From: the human T2T-CHM13v2.0 reference genome, Homo sapiens
Assembly: GCF_009914755.1 (NCBI RefSeq)
Contig: NC_060947.1
Direction: 5' to 3' (one strand)
DNA length: 64,000 nt
Numbering within the stretch: the first letter of the stretch is position 1; each line of letters begins with the position of its first letter. Of this stretch, positions 1 through 53,651 are shown in pieces. Below the pieces are notes generated by a model. It searched no databases. It was given only the letters and a program-made list of their open reading frames with translations, and was not told where the DNA came from. The position numbers and the translations under genes were made by a program.

Positions 1-138
1 ATTCCTTTAGGCATATGCCTAGGCATGGAATTGCTAGGTCATATACTAACTCTACATTACACTTTGTAACTCTTTATATCACACAGATGAATCCCATTTT
101 TATAAAATTGGTGCATCTAGACCTTTGATTTTTGACTT

Positions 139-300
139 TGGCTGCATATGGTAATCACCTGTGGAGCTTCAAACATACCAATGCCTGATCCCACCCCTGA
201 AGATTCTGATGTAATTGATCTGATGTATGGCCTGGGCACTGTGAGTTTTCAAAGCTCCACAAGGTGATTCTAATGTTCAGCCCTGGAAATGAACCATCCT
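139..300. mobile_element. MER5A-like hAT-Charlie MITE
   Basis: tggctgca…aatcacctg.ggagct…agattctgatgtaattg.tctg…ggcctgggca…aaagctcc…ggtgattctaatgt.cagcc motifs. Confidence 0.7.
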
Positions 301-302
301 AG

Positions 303-2385
<2,083 letters not shown>

Positions 2386-2941
2386 ACGTGGTTCTTCAGG
2401 AAAAGGAGGAGAGGCCAGGAAGAGGGAGATGGTTCTAGAGAGATTAAGGGAGCCTGTCTGATTCAGGATATTGCTCAGGACTCTTGTTGCAAAGCATCTT
2501 CTCTAGGTCATTGAAGGCAAGAAGGAGTTTACTTAGGGACATTAGGTATTCTCAGGCTTCCTACTAGAGGCCACACTGCCCAGAGCAATGCCTAAACCAG
2601 GAAGTGCACAGCTCCAGCAAAAATCCTGTGGCCACTGCCATTGGTGGCCATACCTGGCAGCTCCAGGGAATCATGTTGGGTACTGGGTGCCAGAAATGCA
2701 AGCCTAAAAGCCTCTGCCATCATTCTGGCCAGACATTGGTTTCTGCCTGGTGCCTACTTCTGAATCCAAGTCTTACTGGGTGTTTGATTGACAAAGCTAT
2801 GTCACATGCCTGAGCCCTAACTGTAAAGGGAGTTGAGAAAGAGAGTTTCCGGCTTCCATCCTGAGGAGGCAGGACGTATGATGTTGGAAATTCTCTAAAT
2901 GTAGAAAGAGTGCTTAAAAGGTACTCAGGAGCCAGAACACA

Positions 2942-3621
<680 letters not shown>

Positions 3622-3974
3622 ATACACCAGCTTCTTCACCTTGCCCTTGGCTCCTGCTCCCCCCTAACTTTGACCTGCACATGGCTTTGGTACAAACTCC
3701 AGCCCCAAAGCTAGACAGGTTGGTGCTCACATCACCTTACTGACTAGTTATTCACTGCCTATTCCATTTTCACGGAGAAAGAATGAATCTGATTAGCTCT
3801 GTTTAGGTCAAAGTGTTCAACTGCGGTGCAAACAGCTGTGGTTGGGAGGAGATGGCAGAGACACATGGGGCTCTGAGTAGGGTATTTTTTTCTTAGAGGC
3901 AGTGGCTGGCAACACCTGCTGTCAGACCGTGGAAAATGAAAGCTACAAGGGCTCTCAAAGACCAGGATGTGCAG

Positions 3975-4331
3975 TGTCTTAGTCTATTTCGTGCTGCTGT
4001 AACAATACTAGAGACTGGGCAATTTATAAAGAACAGATATTTATATCTTACATTTCTGGAGGTTGGGAAGTCCAGGATTGAGGGGCTCACATCAAGTAAA
4101 AGCCTTCCTGCGGCGCCATCCCATGGTGGAAGGTGGAAGTGTGAGAGAGCAAGATGGGGCTGAACCTGCTTTTATTACAAATCTACTTTTGCAATAATAA
4201 CATTAATTCATTCATGAGAGCAGAGGCCTCACGACCTAACCACCTCTTAAAGAGCCCACCTCTCAACACTACTGCAGTGGGGTTTAAGTCTCCAACACGT
4301 GAACTTAGGAGGACATATTCAAACCATAGTA
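3975..4331 (-). mobile_element. MaLR solo LTR (MST/MLT1A-like)
   Basis: tgtcttagtctattt.gtgctgctgtaaca…caaaccatagta termini typical of a MaLR in reverse. Confidence 0.8.
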
Positions 4332-4555
4332 TGCAGTTTCTTCAGTTTACAGTTAAAGCAATGAAATCTCAGAAAGGCTAGGTGTGTGGGGTGGGAGATA
4401 GTACAGTATAGTGAAAAACAAACAAAGGTTGGCATCATTTAACCGTCCTGAACCTCAGTTTCCTCTTTCATGAGAAGAGAAGAATAATCCTTATCTTGCA
4501 TGGCTGTCATATTAAATGGAATAATGTCTATGGCAAGCTTAGCCCTGAGCAAATT

Positions 4556-9250
<4,695 letters not shown>

Positions 9251-9479
9251 TTTTACTTTCCAGGGATTACACTATGCATCCTTGTCGTGGTCTACCTTGA
9301 ATTAATCTTGTATTGCTTCAAGTATAATGTAAGATCCTTATGAGAGTACAATTCAATTCACCTCCCTTCTCATCCTTCATGTAATTGTTGTCATAGTTTT
9401 CATTTACGTGTTTTAAACTCCACAATACATTGTTATTTTTGCTTTAAATAGTCACTTGTCTTTTAAGCAATTAAGGTGA

Positions 9480-16949
<7,470 letters not shown>

Positions 16950-17047
16950 TCTAGGGTGAAGGCCACAGCGATGTCCTCGGAGATCCCCCAGGGCCTGCAG
17001 ACAACAAACCCTCAAGGCCACATTCTAGTGTTCCCCGACCAAACTGA

Positions 17048-17416
<369 letters not shown>

Positions 17417-17909
17417 TAGTCTTTAACTCCTCACCTCAGGTGATCTGCCCACCTCGGCCTCTCGAAGTGTTGGGATTACAGGCATGAGCCACCGCACCTG
17501 GCCCAGAGTTTATATACCTTCTAAGCTACATGTCTACGTGTAAGTGTGCATTCATCTAAAGACATGTGATTAACTTCTTTTAATCTATAACTAAGGTCTG
17601 AGTCCTGAAGACCTTCCTCTGGAGCCTCAGTAAATTTACTTAATCTAGATGGGTCCAGGTGCTGGGGTGATTACCCTTATTTTGTCTCCTGCTAAATCAT
17701 GGAGGTTTGGGGAGTTCCTCCAGACCCCCAATAAACTTGTCTGTGGAGGTCTGGGGAGTTTAGACCCCCAGTAAAACTTGTTTAATCCTAAATGGGTCCT
17801 GTTAAGAATTATTTCATAATCTTGTCATGCTTTAAGGCCCAGGAAAGGCTTGGGCAAAACTCTTGGTGGGCTTTTGTTACCTTCCAGCCTTTGTATAAGG
17901 GCACTGGTG

Positions 17910-19183
<1,274 letters not shown>

Positions 19184-19511
19184 TCAGCTTTTAATATTTA
19201 ACTTAACCATTCAGTCAGTGCCGAAACAGTAGTTATGGAGGCCTGCATTAGTGAGTCCTGGCCTGCCACACTAGGAGCACACAAGTGGTGGTACAGGCAG
19301 GAGGGAGTTTAGAACGGGGTCAGCTGCAGGGATTGCAGCTGGGTTTTGCTGATTAAGGTAACCGGAAAGCAAAGGAGCGGGTGTCTTAGGTGGATAAACC
19401 CGTGTGAGGCCGCGGAGGTGGGAAGAGGCCATGTGCCTGACACAAGATAACTCGGTGGAGGGCCTGCATCCTGCTGCCCGGACAGGCAGGATTTTTCCTG
19501 GGGTGACCTTT

Positions 19512-20987
<1,476 letters not shown>

Positions 20988-21740
20988 CCTGGCCAGAGGG
21001 GGGAAAGTTTGCTTAACTGGGCTTGAGTGTGTTTGTGGTAAGGGGAGAGGAGCCGGAATGGAGGGCAGAGGTGAAAATCCCAGTGGAGGGTGGAAGGAAC
21101 CGTTTGCCTCCAGAGATGGCCCCAGGGAGAACACAGGGACGTGCCACTCGAGGGGGAGGATGGTATGGATTTCTGCTTTTGTCACACGGGCATCCATTGG
21201 AAAAGAGAAGCAAGAATGAACGTGGGCCCTCGGGTGGGAAGACTAGGAATCGGAAGCTTCTAGGGCTTCACATCCCTTCCCCTCCCCTCCCCTTCCCCTC
21301 ATCTTCCAGGCAACAGTGCCTGCAAGGCCTGAATTAGAGAGACTTCCATTGGCTAAGTAGTTAAGAGCCGTCCCATTTCTCCTGGCGGGGTAACCCATTA
21401 CACCGAAGTCCTTTGTTTTCTACCACAATCCTCCTCCTCCTCTCCAGGGGCCTGGAAACACTAGGATTCAGGAAGGTAGGCAGGACGTGAGAGAACGGAG
21501 ATGGGAGAGAGATTTAAGACAAAGGGTGGCGGTGGTTCCTGGGGTCTGAGATGTGTTAGGAGGCGTTTAAAACAAAGATCCAGTTCATTTACTCCACAGT
21601 TATTCCCAGGGCTGGCCCTAGCCACAAAGGAACTTTAGGGCAGGGTAGGGAAAAAAGGGGCAGCAGGGGGTGTGTTTGTGGACAAATAAATTTGTAAAGT
21701 CCGAGGATTAAAAAAAAAAAAAGGTTAAACCGGTTTCTCT
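20988..21740 (+). other. NYX: NYX 3' UTR (end approximate)
   Basis: Repeat-free sequence between the stop codon and the first AATAAA/ATTAAA signals, followed by T-rich downstream sequence. Confidence 0.75.
21685..21712 (+). terminator. NYX: NYX polyadenylation signals AATAAA (21685-21690) and ATTAAA (21707-21712)
   Basis: First canonical hexamer after the stop; the second hexamer overlaps a genomic A13 run (21710-21722). Confidence 0.75.
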
Positions 21741-22512
21741 ACTGCTGGACTTTTCAGAGTCTTTCATATGCTAACATTCATTGTGAATCTCCCAAGAGGC
21801 CACACAATCCTTTTTTCTTAGCGTTTTGTGGGATGAATGTCCGGAAGACACAGAGAGCGGGGCAGGGAGGCTCCAGCTTGGATGATTCCATTAGGTGTGG
21901 AAATTATTATGGGCTGCACACTTCGGGGCTGACTAACGGCCAAGAGGGAAGGAGGCAGCCAGTAGCTGGGAAAGGGGATTTAGAGATTTCTCAGGTTGGG
22001 GGTTGGCCAACTATATTCCCCCCGGCTTGACTGCAAGGGCAAAGGCCAGCCAGGCCTGCAGCAAGCATGCATGGCTCTGGGTGTGCTGTGCCTGAGGGCG
22101 GGGCTACCAAATCCCACCTAGGGGCCCTACCAAACCCAGCTTTTCTCAGGGTTGCAGTGGGAACAAACGGTGTTTGTTCTGTCTGCCTCAGGATCAGCAG
22201 CTCGTTTAGCATATGCTGCAAGAATAAGGCTTTGCAGGCTGAGTTGCAAATGCTGGCTCTGCTGGTCTGCAGTGGCCATCTCTGTGGTTTGCAGCAGAAC
22301 CGTCCTAAGCTGGTCACAACAGGCAGGGATTCCTGACAGACTGTAAGGCAGTCAAGTCAAGAAAAGTGCATATGCTGCTCACCACTTACACAAGAACCCA
22401 AGCTGTTCTCTGCACTGCATGCTATGACTGCATTTGTCAACATTCTGGAAATTGTCATCTTTTTAATGTCCTCTCTATATTTGAAGAGGTGGGTTTTGAA
22501 AACCCACATGAA

Positions 22513-26009
<3,497 letters not shown>

Positions 26010-26413
26010 TAAATGCTTCCACTCAGATGTGACACACATTGCTGCTCAAATCTCATTGACCAAAAAGGACACATAGCCAGACTTAATTTCACTGAGAAAT
26101 GGAAGCATGATTCCCCTATGTACCCAGGAGAGGGGAACTGGGAATATCAGTGAACACTAGTAATGCTCCAGGCTGGGTGTGGTGGCTCATGCCTGTAACC
26201 CCAGCACTTCAGGAGGCTGAGGCAGGAGATCACTTGAGGCCAGGCATTTTAGACTAGCCTGGGCAACACAGTGAGACCCTGTCTGTACAAAAAAAACAAA
26301 CAAAAAAATTAGCCAGGTGTGGTGACACATGCTTGTAGTCCCAGCTACTAGGGAGGCTGGGGTGGGAGGATCACTTGAGTCCAGAAGTTGGAGGCTGCAG
26401 TGAGCTATGATAA

Positions 26414-27107
26414 TGTTAGGGTAGGTAGTCAGGCATGAGCAGAGCAGAAGAGGGCTCTCCCCCCACCAGGAATGGCAGGTGGCCATCAAGTGATGGGCAG
26501 GCAGTTGGTAAAGTGTGGCGCTCAAATAATAATTTGTCACAGCTGGTGTCAGGGAAAGGCAGGCTGCCAATAGATAGAAAACACCTGAAACTGGTGATCA
26601 GCAGCTTCCCGATAAGATCTCAGGAGTTGGCCGAGTGGACTCAAACATGCACACAAAATGGCAAAATGGTGGAGTTTAACCTTCCTCTAGGAACACTGGA
26701 TTGGTAAGGGAAAAATGCCTCAAGTGAGCATGCATGCGACTCCAGTAAATGCACTGTGCGTACAGCCCCTCCCAAGTGCTGGCAGGCCACTGCGCATGCA
26801 GGCAGCTGACCCCAAGGGAAGACTCAGGGGAGAAGTAATGCAACTCCGGAAGCATGCCAACATAGAAAACCCCAAGTCAAAGGTCACACCATGCACTTGA
26901 ATCTCTCAAGTTGCCTGCTTGGCCCTCTTCCAAGTCTACTTTACTTCCTTTTGTTCCTGCTCTAAAACTTTTTAATAAACTCTCACTCCTGCTTTAAAAC
27001 TTGCCTAGGTCTCTCACTCTGCCTTATGCCCCTTGGACAAATTCTTTCCTCTGCAGAGGCAAGGATCGAGTCTGCTGCAGACCCAGGCGGATTCACCACT
27101 GCTAACA
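26414..27107 (+). mobile_element. ERV1 solo LTR (MER50-like) inserted inside an AluJ-like element (26171-26413 + 27108-27170)
   Basis: Inverted termini TGTTAG…CTAACA; AATAAA at 26974; 4-bp TSD ataa/atca; the Alu right arm resumes after the LTR. Confidence 0.85.
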
Positions 27108-27536
27108 ATCACGGTACTGCATTCCAGCCTTGGCGACAGAGTGAGACTCCGTCTCTAAAAAACAAATAAAAACCTTTACTTCTCAGAACTGTCAAAAGGA
27201 ATAGAGACTCGAGGGGGAAATCTGGTGAGCAATCCACTAGCCCCCGGCTAGGCTTCTGGACACTGTATTTAGCCAATAGGAATGCTATGGCCTCTTTGTA
27301 TTGGTTCTTTCAAGTTAAGGGGACAGAAAATATAAAGACAAAAGGTTCATATTTTTCCTTTAAAAAATGTTTTCCATACAAATACTCAACGTACAATATT
27401 CAACTCCCCAGAAGCTTGATCTTTGGAAAATATTCCCCCTTAGCCCTCTGGCTCTTTCTGAGAGGCTCCTCTGTGGTGGTTTCAAACCTGAGGTCAACAG
27501 CCCCCACACCCACCCATCTTTGTTAGGCTACCACAG

Positions 27537-27555
27537 TGCTGCCCTCTAGAGGACA
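27537..27555 (-). promoter_or_regulatory. Candidate CTCF binding motif
   Basis: Minus strand TGTCCTCTAGAGGGCAGCA fits the CTCF core CCnCnAGrkGGCrs; it lies in non-repetitive DNA. Confidence 0.5.
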
Positions 27556-28954
27556 ATATCTGCTGGGCACAGCTGTCCTTGGCTGGCTGTCCCTTCTGCC
27601 AACCTCAACCTGACCTCAAGGAAGGGAACCCTAGTCCTCTTTGATCCTCAGGCCCAAAGATGGTTTAGACCCTTTCTTCACAGCCCAGAAGAGAACACCA
27701 GGCTGGGAAGTGAATGAGACTTTTCCAAAGGGTTGGTTATAATAGAAGGGAAGTGAATAGGCCACTGACTAACACTGGATGGGGCTGTTGGCAGAACTGT
27801 CAGCCCCCAACCGCCTCAGGCGACCCTGCAGCTGGCCTAACTTCCCTCCCTAGCCACACGCCCTGGGAATGCTAAGGCCTCCCTCTGTTTCTGAGGCCAA
27901 ACTCTCAGGGAGGATTTTTTTGTCCCCCAGCCTAAAGCCCACCTCACCAACCCCACATGGGAAACTCTACTCTCCAGGCAGTGGCCCGCTTTGTCCTCAG
28001 CAGCATTCCCCACAGGATGTCACACATAGTTCTACTGTGTGGGCCATCGGAGCTGCCAAAAGGAGCAGTCAAGTCCAGGTCCTCAGCCCACCTGCCTGCC
28101 TGCCTTCCAGTCCCTTCTTTGCCCTGGCTCCACATTGTCTAAAAACTGCTGCTCAGAGCTCCAAAAGAACAAACAATAATTCTGGGGACACCAGTTAGCC
28201 TAATATTACACAGACTAAAGTAACATTTCTCTCCAAAAAGCCCCAACTTCTGGGAGACTAGCAGATACTGGGTGGCTGAGGCAGGAGGGTCACTTGAGCC
28301 CAGGAGTTTGAGACCAGCCTGGGCAACATAGTGAGACCCCATCCCTACAAAAAAAAAAATTAGCCAGGCATGGTGGCACGCACCTGTAGTCCCAGCTACT
28401 CAGAAGGCTGAGACGGGAGGATCCCTTGAATCCAGGAATTTGAGGTGGCAGTGAGCCATGATTACACCACTGCACTCAGCCTGGTGATAAAGTGACTCTG
28501 TCTCAAAAAAAAAAAAAAAAGTACAGCATGCTCCTTCTTTTTTAACTGTTGCATGTATGACCAGTGTTTTTATCTGGAAAGATACTTCCTTTTTCTTTGA
28601 TGGAACAAGACTTTTCACTCCCCGCTCTGAGACTGTGTTCAGGTTTCCCCCGAAGGGTGAGGGGTGGGCCCTGCCTTTCTATTTGCACTGGGCCTGATAA
28701 CTTCACAGAGCAAAGTACAGTCTTTCTTGGAGGCCCCACCATCTCCACCCCAGAGGGCAGAAACTGCTTGTGACATTACATGAGTTTTTCAGATTCCAGA
28801 AGCCGGAGAGCTCCATCTTTGTCCCATTAACCCTGTTGGCCAGGAAATGTCCCTGCATCTACTACTGGCTCTCCTGGGTGATGGGTGTGGGGATGGCATG
28901 ACCTTGTCCTCAGTGTCATCCAGAAAGGATGAGGGGGACAGGTGTCATAGCAGG

Positions 28955-29330
28955 AGTATTAGTTCATTCTCACATTGCTAACAAGACATACCTGAGACTG
29001 GGTAATTTATAAAGGAAAGAGGTTTAATTGACTCACAGTCCCGCAAGGCTGGGGAGGCCTCAGGAAACTTACAATTATGGCAGAAGGGGAAGCAAACCCG
29101 TCTTTCTTACGTGATGGCAGCAAGGACAAGTGCGGAGCAAAAGGGAGAAAAGCCCCTTATAAAACCATCAGATCTCATGAGAACTCACTATCACAAGAAC
29201 AGCAGCATGGGGGAACCACCCCCACAATTCAATTACCTCCCACTGGGTCCCTCCCACAATAAGTGGGGATTACGGGAACTACAATTCAAGATGAGATTTC
29301 GGTGGGGACACAGCCAAACTATCCATATCA
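28955..29330 (-). mobile_element. THE1-type MaLR solo LTR
   Basis: gtattagttcattctcac…catacctgagactgggtaatttataaaggaaagaggtttaattgactcacagt…ccatatca; TSD gcagg/ccagg. Confidence 0.9.
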
Positions 29331-29367
29331 CCAGGGGAGGTGGTATTCTTGTGTTTAAGCAGTAGTA

Positions 29368-29432
29368 ACTCCCCTCCCTTCCCCTCCCTTCCGCTCTCTT
29401 CCCCTCCCCTCCCCTCCTCTCCTCTCTCTTTT
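29368..29432. repeat. Polypyrimidine (CCCCT/CCCTT)n tract
   Basis: Direct reading. Confidence 0.85.
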
Positions 29433-29498
29433 CACGGGACTGGGCTGATTTGAGGAGTCTTCTAATTCTCCTCTCCCTGGTCTCAAGCAGCCCCTGGT

Positions 29499-29593
29499 CT
29501 TTGGTGTCTGTCCCCACTGTGGTCTCGGGTACAGGCAGGGGTACCCAGCACTTTGGTGTCTGCCCCCACTGTGGTCTGGGGTACAGACGAGGG
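29499..29593. repeat. Two-copy tandem duplication, period 52 bp
   Basis: ctttggtgtctg(t/c)ccccactgtggtct(c/g)gggtacag at 29499-29534 and 29551-29586. Confidence 0.9.
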
Positions 29594-30097
29594 TGAAGTG
29601 TAGCCACTCCCGGTCAACTCCAGTTCCTGAACAAATGTTATTTCTATTCCATTTATGTTCCAGGCAGAGGAAATGTAGAAGCACTTAGACAAACATGTGC
29701 AATCTTCAAGAGAGTTCCCTTGACATTTTGCTGACTTTTACAACTGTGATCCTGCGAGGAGAAAAGGAGTTTTTGTTCACAGGTGGACTCACTGAAACAC
29801 CAGCCTTCAGGGAAGCCCATGGAGGTCTTTCCTTCGTGGTTCCCATTTGCCTAGCAGGAGTTCCCTAATGGGCCTACATCACCTCAGGCCTAGGCCGGCT
29901 TGTGGCTTGCTTGCCATCCAGTAGCAGGTCACGTGGGTTGTGGCATCATTAGTTACAAGCTGCAATACAAAATAATAGTAACAAAGTAGATGGGGAAATT
30001 TCCACATGCATCACAGGTAGTAAGATAAGTATTACTTCATTAAACGTTTGCTTCAGTTATGTGTGTGTGCTTGTGTGCGTGTGTGTACACCGGATTA

Positions 30098-31278
<1,181 letters not shown>

Positions 31279-31485
31279 TTATTTGTTTTCAAGGAGCATA
31301 GGACTGAAAGTAAAGTGCGGTAGTACTCCATTTCATTTGTTGCTTATTTGTCTTCTGGCCACTGTATTTTCCTGCACCACCACCACAAAGTGGACTTGCC
31401 TTATTTATACCATGTTTAAAGACATAGTTAAATCCAAAGAAGTAAGACTGGGAGTTTTGAAGGTTACCTGGGCAGTCAGGAGTTA

Positions 31486-31539
31486 TTAGGTTGGTGCAAA
31501 AGTAATTGCGGTTTTTGCCATTACTTTCAATGGTAAAAA
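31486..31539. mobile_element. MADE1 (Hsmar1 MITE), truncated, one intact TIR
   Basis: TA + ttaggttggtgcaaaagtaattgcggtttttgccattactttcaatgg. Confidence 0.9.
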
Positions 31540-32435
31540 TAATGTAATCGAGGTACTCTTCAGCCTGAAAAGGCAGGGTGAATTTTTATGTGCAGAGCAG
31601 GCCACTAATGAGTGCTGGACTCCTGCAGTGCAATTCTGTTTCATTCAATATGTTAATAACTATTGATAAGAATGTCTTTGAATGACCTTCTTGGTGTCTT
31701 GCAGTGATACTTATCAAAGTACTCAATAACATGAAGAAAAAACCCCCACCCAACCACCCAAGGATGAATGATTACAGAGGTTGTGATCATTTAGGATAAA
31801 TCCCATCGTGTCAGCTCTGTGTCCTGTTCCTAATACTATATCTAACTGCCTTTCCAAAATTCTCCAATTTCTACTCCAAAATGGTTGTTGCTCTGGAAAT
31901 CAAATGGTTACCATGACTGACTGCCAGGCAGGTAGTCAATGTGTAATCACCTTAGTGATTTAGTTCCTTTAACAATCCTCTGACATAAGCATTGTCATCC
32001 TCATTTTGCAGATGTGGAAACTAAGTTTAGAGAATTAAGTGACTTGCCAAAGGCCCAGAGCTAGTAAATGGCAAAACTGGGTTGTGAATCCAGGTCTCTA
32101 AGTTCCAGAAGCTCCAGACCCTGAGTAAATGTCCCTATCTCTAGATAATGAGGTGACATTTCTCTTCTGGGGCTAATAGTTGAAGTTCAGAAGAAATGAC
32201 TTTTAAAAATTCCAAAAGAATTATACACCATGACCAAGTGAGATTTATTCCAGGTGTGCAAGGCTGGTTCAACGTTTGAAAATTAATGTAACTTATCATG
32301 TTAACAGGCTAATGAAGAAAAATCGTATGATCACGCCAACTGGTGCAGGAAAAGCAGTTAACAAAATCCAATATCCATTCATGATAAAAATGCTCAGCAA
32401 GTTAGAGGGGCATGATTTCAACTTGATAGCATTTA

Positions 32436-33284
<849 letters not shown>

Positions 33285-33675
33285 TTATATTTTTAGTAGA
33301 GACGAGGGTTTCACCATGTTAGCCAGGCTAGTCTCAAACTCCTGACCTCAGGCAATCCACCTGCCTCAGCCTCCCAAAGCGCTGAGATTACAGGCATGAG
33401 CCACCATGCCTGGCCAGGATGTCTACTCTTACCACTTTTATTTAACATAGTACTGGAAGTTCTAGCCAGAGCAATAAAGCAAGAAAAAGAAAAAAGACAT
33501 ACAGAGTTGAAAGGAAGAAATAAAACTCTCCTTATTTGCAAACAACCCAATTTTCTATGTAGGAAATTCCAAATAATCTACCCCAAAATTCCTTGAACTA
33601 AGAAGTGTGTTCAGTAAGGTCACAGGATGCAAGATCAATACACAAAAATTAACTGCATTTCTATACATTAACAGT

Positions 33676-34103
33676 TGTGAAAGGAAACTATCTTGGGCCC
33701 CCAAAATCACGAAGCTAAAAGGAAAAGTCAAGCTGGGAACTGTTTAGGGCAAACCTGCCTTCCATTCTATTCAAAGTCACCCCTCTGCTCACTGAGATAA
33801 ATGCATATCTGATTGCCTCCTTTGGAGAGGCTAATCAGAAACTCAAAAGAATGCAATCATTTGTCTTTTGTCTACCTATGACCTGGAAGGCCCCTTCTTC
33901 CTTCGAGTTGTCCCGCCTTTCCAGACCGAACCAACGTTCATCTTACAGATGTTGATTGATGTCTCATGTCTCCCTAAAATGTATAACCACTTGGGCACCT
34001 GTTGTCAGGACCTTCTGAGGCTGTGTCATGGGTGCATGTCCTCAACCTTGGCAAAATAAACTTTCTAAATTAACTAAGACCTGTCTGATTTTGGGGGTTC
34101 ACA
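33676..34103 (+). mobile_element. ERV1 solo LTR (MER4A-like) inserted in the L1
   Basis: TGTGAA…TTCACA inverted termini; perfect 4-bp TSD CAGT (33672-33675, 34104-34107); AATAAA near 34055. Confidence 0.9.
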
Positions 34104-34302
34104 CAGTGAACACATGGAAACTGAAATTCAAAACACAACATTATTTACAGTCACTCCAAGGAAAATGAAATACCTAGGTATGCATTTAACAAAACATGTA
34201 CAGGATCTGTTCAAAATGCTGATGAAAGAAATTAAAGAAGGCCAGGTGCTGTGGCTCATGCTTGTAATCCCAGCACTTTGGGAGGCCGAGGCAGGCAGAT
34301 CA

Positions 34303-34629
<327 letters not shown>

Positions 34630-34876
34630 CTAGAGGAGTAATGCAATTCCTATCACAGTCTCAGCAAGGTTATTTGTAGACATAGACAAGCTCATTCTAA
34701 AATGTATATCTGAAATGTATATGGAAAGACACAGTCCCTAGAATAGCTAAAGCAATCATCATGGAGAAGAATAAAGTGAGAGGAATCACTCTACATGATA
34801 CTAAGTCTAACTATATAACTACAGTAATCATGACTGTGGTATGGTCAGAGAGATAGGAACATAGAAACATAGATCA

Positions 34877-35839
<963 letters not shown>

Positions 35840-35930
35840 TCAAAATGAATCATGAAATTAAATGTAGGGCTGGGCGCAGTGGCTCGCACCTGTAATCCCA
35901 GCACTTTGGGAGGCTGAGGCAGGCGGATTA

Positions 35931-36197
<267 letters not shown>

Positions 36198-36766
36198 TTA
36201 AGTAAAAATAGAAAATCTGTAGGCCCTAGGGCTAGACAAATAGTTCTTAGCATTGAGGGAAAATTGACAAATTCTATCTCATCAAAATTAAAAAATGTTG
36301 TTCTGCAAAAGCCCATGTAAGTAGGATGAAAAGACAAGGTATGGCCTGGAAGAAAATATTTGCAAACCGCATATCCCACAGAGGAATCTCAAAACTTTTT
36401 GGTAAAAAAGCCAACAATGCAATTAGAAAATGGGCAAAAATTACAACAGATATTTCACCGAAAAGGATACACAGATGGTAATTAAGCACACGAAAAGAGG
36501 TTCAGCATCACTAGCCATCAGAAAAATGCAAATTCAAACCATAGTGAGGTAACACTACACAAAAATAAAAAATCATGACAACACCAAATGCTGGCAAAGA
36601 TAGGGACAAACTGGATCACTCATAGATGGCTGGTGGGAATGTACAAGGGTATAGTCATTCTGGAAAAAGGTTTTCAGTTTCTTACAAAATTAAACATCCA
36701 ACTGCCCTATGATCTAGCAATTGCACTCCTGGCCATTCATCCCAGAGAAACAAGAACTTATGTTTA

Positions 36767-42779
<6,013 letters not shown>

Positions 42780-43709
42780 TGATGGGTAGATTTGGGGGCC
42801 ATTCACTCTGAAGTGGAAGAAGACAGAGGAGAAGCAGGTTTGGGTAGAAGCAAGAGGGAAATAATGAGTTTGGTTTTGAGCTGTTGAATGTCATTTTGCA
42901 ACGAGAACAAAGAATATTCTTCCCCAACTCTTTCTCTCAATGTTGGGGGTCAAGCATCTGAACATGATTCCTATTTGGGGGTATATTTCAAGGTAGGTGG
43001 GGAGGTGGAGCCCTACTTTCCACTTTAAATGATGAAGAGAGGCAAATATTCTTTCCTCTCCCTCTCTGGCAGGTGGGGGTGTGATCAAGGCAGCCCCAAA
43101 TGGATACTCCTGTCTGGGTCTCTCAATCTTGAGAGAGGGACAGAAAGATACAGGCATTCAGAGATTATTCAGAGCAACTGTGCAAATAATCCCCCCAGAA
43201 TTTGTTCTGGGATAAGATAAAGGGAAAAAATAACTGCTTTGGAATAAAGAAAAGATGAAAAAATTAAAAGAATAACATAAATATCTTTATTTTCCAAGTA
43301 GACAGTATCCGGGTTCCTGCTATTTGTGAGTTTTGTTCCAGAAAGCAAACATTATCACAACCTGTAACTATATACTAATAAACTGATCATTTGCAAAATT
43401 AGTCCCCATTTAAACTCTCCTCTGTCTGAGAAGCCCTGCCTGGCCTTTGCTTCCATGTCTTTGTCATCAGTCTCTTGATGATTGTCTGATGTTGTGATAC
43501 CTAATTAAACTGTGCTAAACAGTACTATGCACTTGATTACAAATGGAAATTACAAACATTGCAAAAAGATGCAGATTTTATAATGTCAGTGAAAATGATG
43601 CTGAACTGCATTGCAAAGCTCTTGACAAATGAGCCTCTGGTAGTGATACCAAGTAGCAATTGAAGAATAAATTGACAATGGTGATGATGGGAACATCAAA
43701 AGAGCATAA

Positions 43710-53600
<9,891 letters not shown>

Positions 53601-53651
53601 ACCACCCAAAGAAATCTTTCTTATCCTGTGGTCATGAAAAATATTTTATAT

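Noticed and set aside
21710-21722. A13 after AATAAA as evidence that the NYX exon is a retrocopy
   Set aside because: The exon has a proper splice acceptor, lacks its own start codon and shows no TSD; NYX is an ancient vertebrate gene.
29499-29593. Repeat-spacer-repeat pattern as a CRISPR-like array
   Set aside because: Only two copies, in eukaryotic DNA, with no cas genes; an ordinary tandem duplication.
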